Shown here: piece after piece, positions 63,449 through 64,000 of the stretch
How positions within the stretch are numbered: the stretch's first letter is position 1
Layout: each line of letters begins with the position of its first letter
NCBI GenBank assembly: GCA_002189035.1
Contig: CM007989.1
Span: forward strand, 372,001-436,000
Length of the DNA: 64,000 nucleotides
Direction of reading: 5' to 3'
From: Utricularia gibba
Lineage: Eukaryota; Plantae; Magnoliophyta
Made by a program: the position numbers and the translations under genes
Notes under the pieces: generated by a model
What the model saw: the letters and a program-made list of their open reading frames with translations, nothing else
Databases searched by the model: none
Told to the model about the DNA's origin: nothing

Positions 63449-64000
63449 TGGTAAAATTTTCGAGTGTTCGCCTTTTCGCCTCTCGTTTGAGTTTCTTGTG
63501 GTCATCTTATGATTTTCTGGTACTTCTGTAGGAACAAGAATATCATGGATCGAAACGCATGTCCTGACTTAGGGATGCTGGCATTCGGCATTTGTGCTGC
63601 TCGACACCTCACCAATACATGATCGACCGATAAGCACCCTTCGCTTGACGTTAAAATCTAAGCTTGCACCATTCATATTGGATCAATTTTGAGCTGAAGC
63701 TTAAGAAGTTGATAAAACTTCTTGTATGCCGTGTTCCACACAACAGTTCAGATACTGGGGGCAGTATTCAACTCTGGGTCGCAGGCTCCTGGACACCTCT
63801 TACTCTGGTGAAAATCTCATCGTTCAGTTCCTCCTGGGAGATCTAGAAATTCTTGGGAATTTCTCTCTCTTTCTCGTTTTTCGTGTGTATCCTCAGATGT
63901 CTTGTAGCTGCAGTCGCATACTTGAAGTTCGATTATTTGGGATCACAATTATTACATTTATGTTACTAGAATTCATTAATGAGTGGTGCACATATGTTCC

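Noticed and set aside
1-64000. Transposons, CRISPR arrays, rRNA/tRNA genes, biosynthetic gene cluster
   Set aside because: No transposase or RT motifs, repeat-spacer arrays, structural RNA signatures or functionally linked enzyme set were recognised.

Overview
Eukaryotic (flowering-plant) nuclear DNA with very high gene density. I can support 25 protein-coding genes in 64 kb, most with introns of about 70-150 nt, and short AT-rich spacers. I recognised no transposon, rRNA, tRNA or CRISPR feature. This architecture suggests a miniaturised eudicot genome such as a Lentibulariaceae species (inference only, not verified). Gene order: unknown Cys-rich protein, CML, CYP63-like cyclophilin, H2A.Z, DUF506, Aux/IAA, Rf-like PPR, INDL, MyoB, bHLH3-like, PIP-like peptide, TPR protein, GH9 cellulase, ATG9, EAF6, RGTA1, NAC, NOP10, RPL14, RIC, LRR-RLP, NPGR2-like, IAA12/13-like, MCTP, ataxin-10-like. 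I did not find one clearly new multi-gene system. The most notable sequence-level signals are: (1) four GC-AG introns, two of them in one 3-intron CML gene; (2) a perfect 81-bp in-frame tandem duplication that copies a splice acceptor in MyoB; (3) a uORF in front of EAF6 that starts with the same MDSEG as the main protein; (4) a Cys-containing PIP-like secreted peptide with a W-box cluster; (5) at least 11 frameshifts, all repaired by adding one base to a G/C run, most likely assembly error rather than biology. All gene and family names come from recall of protein motifs, not from database searches.
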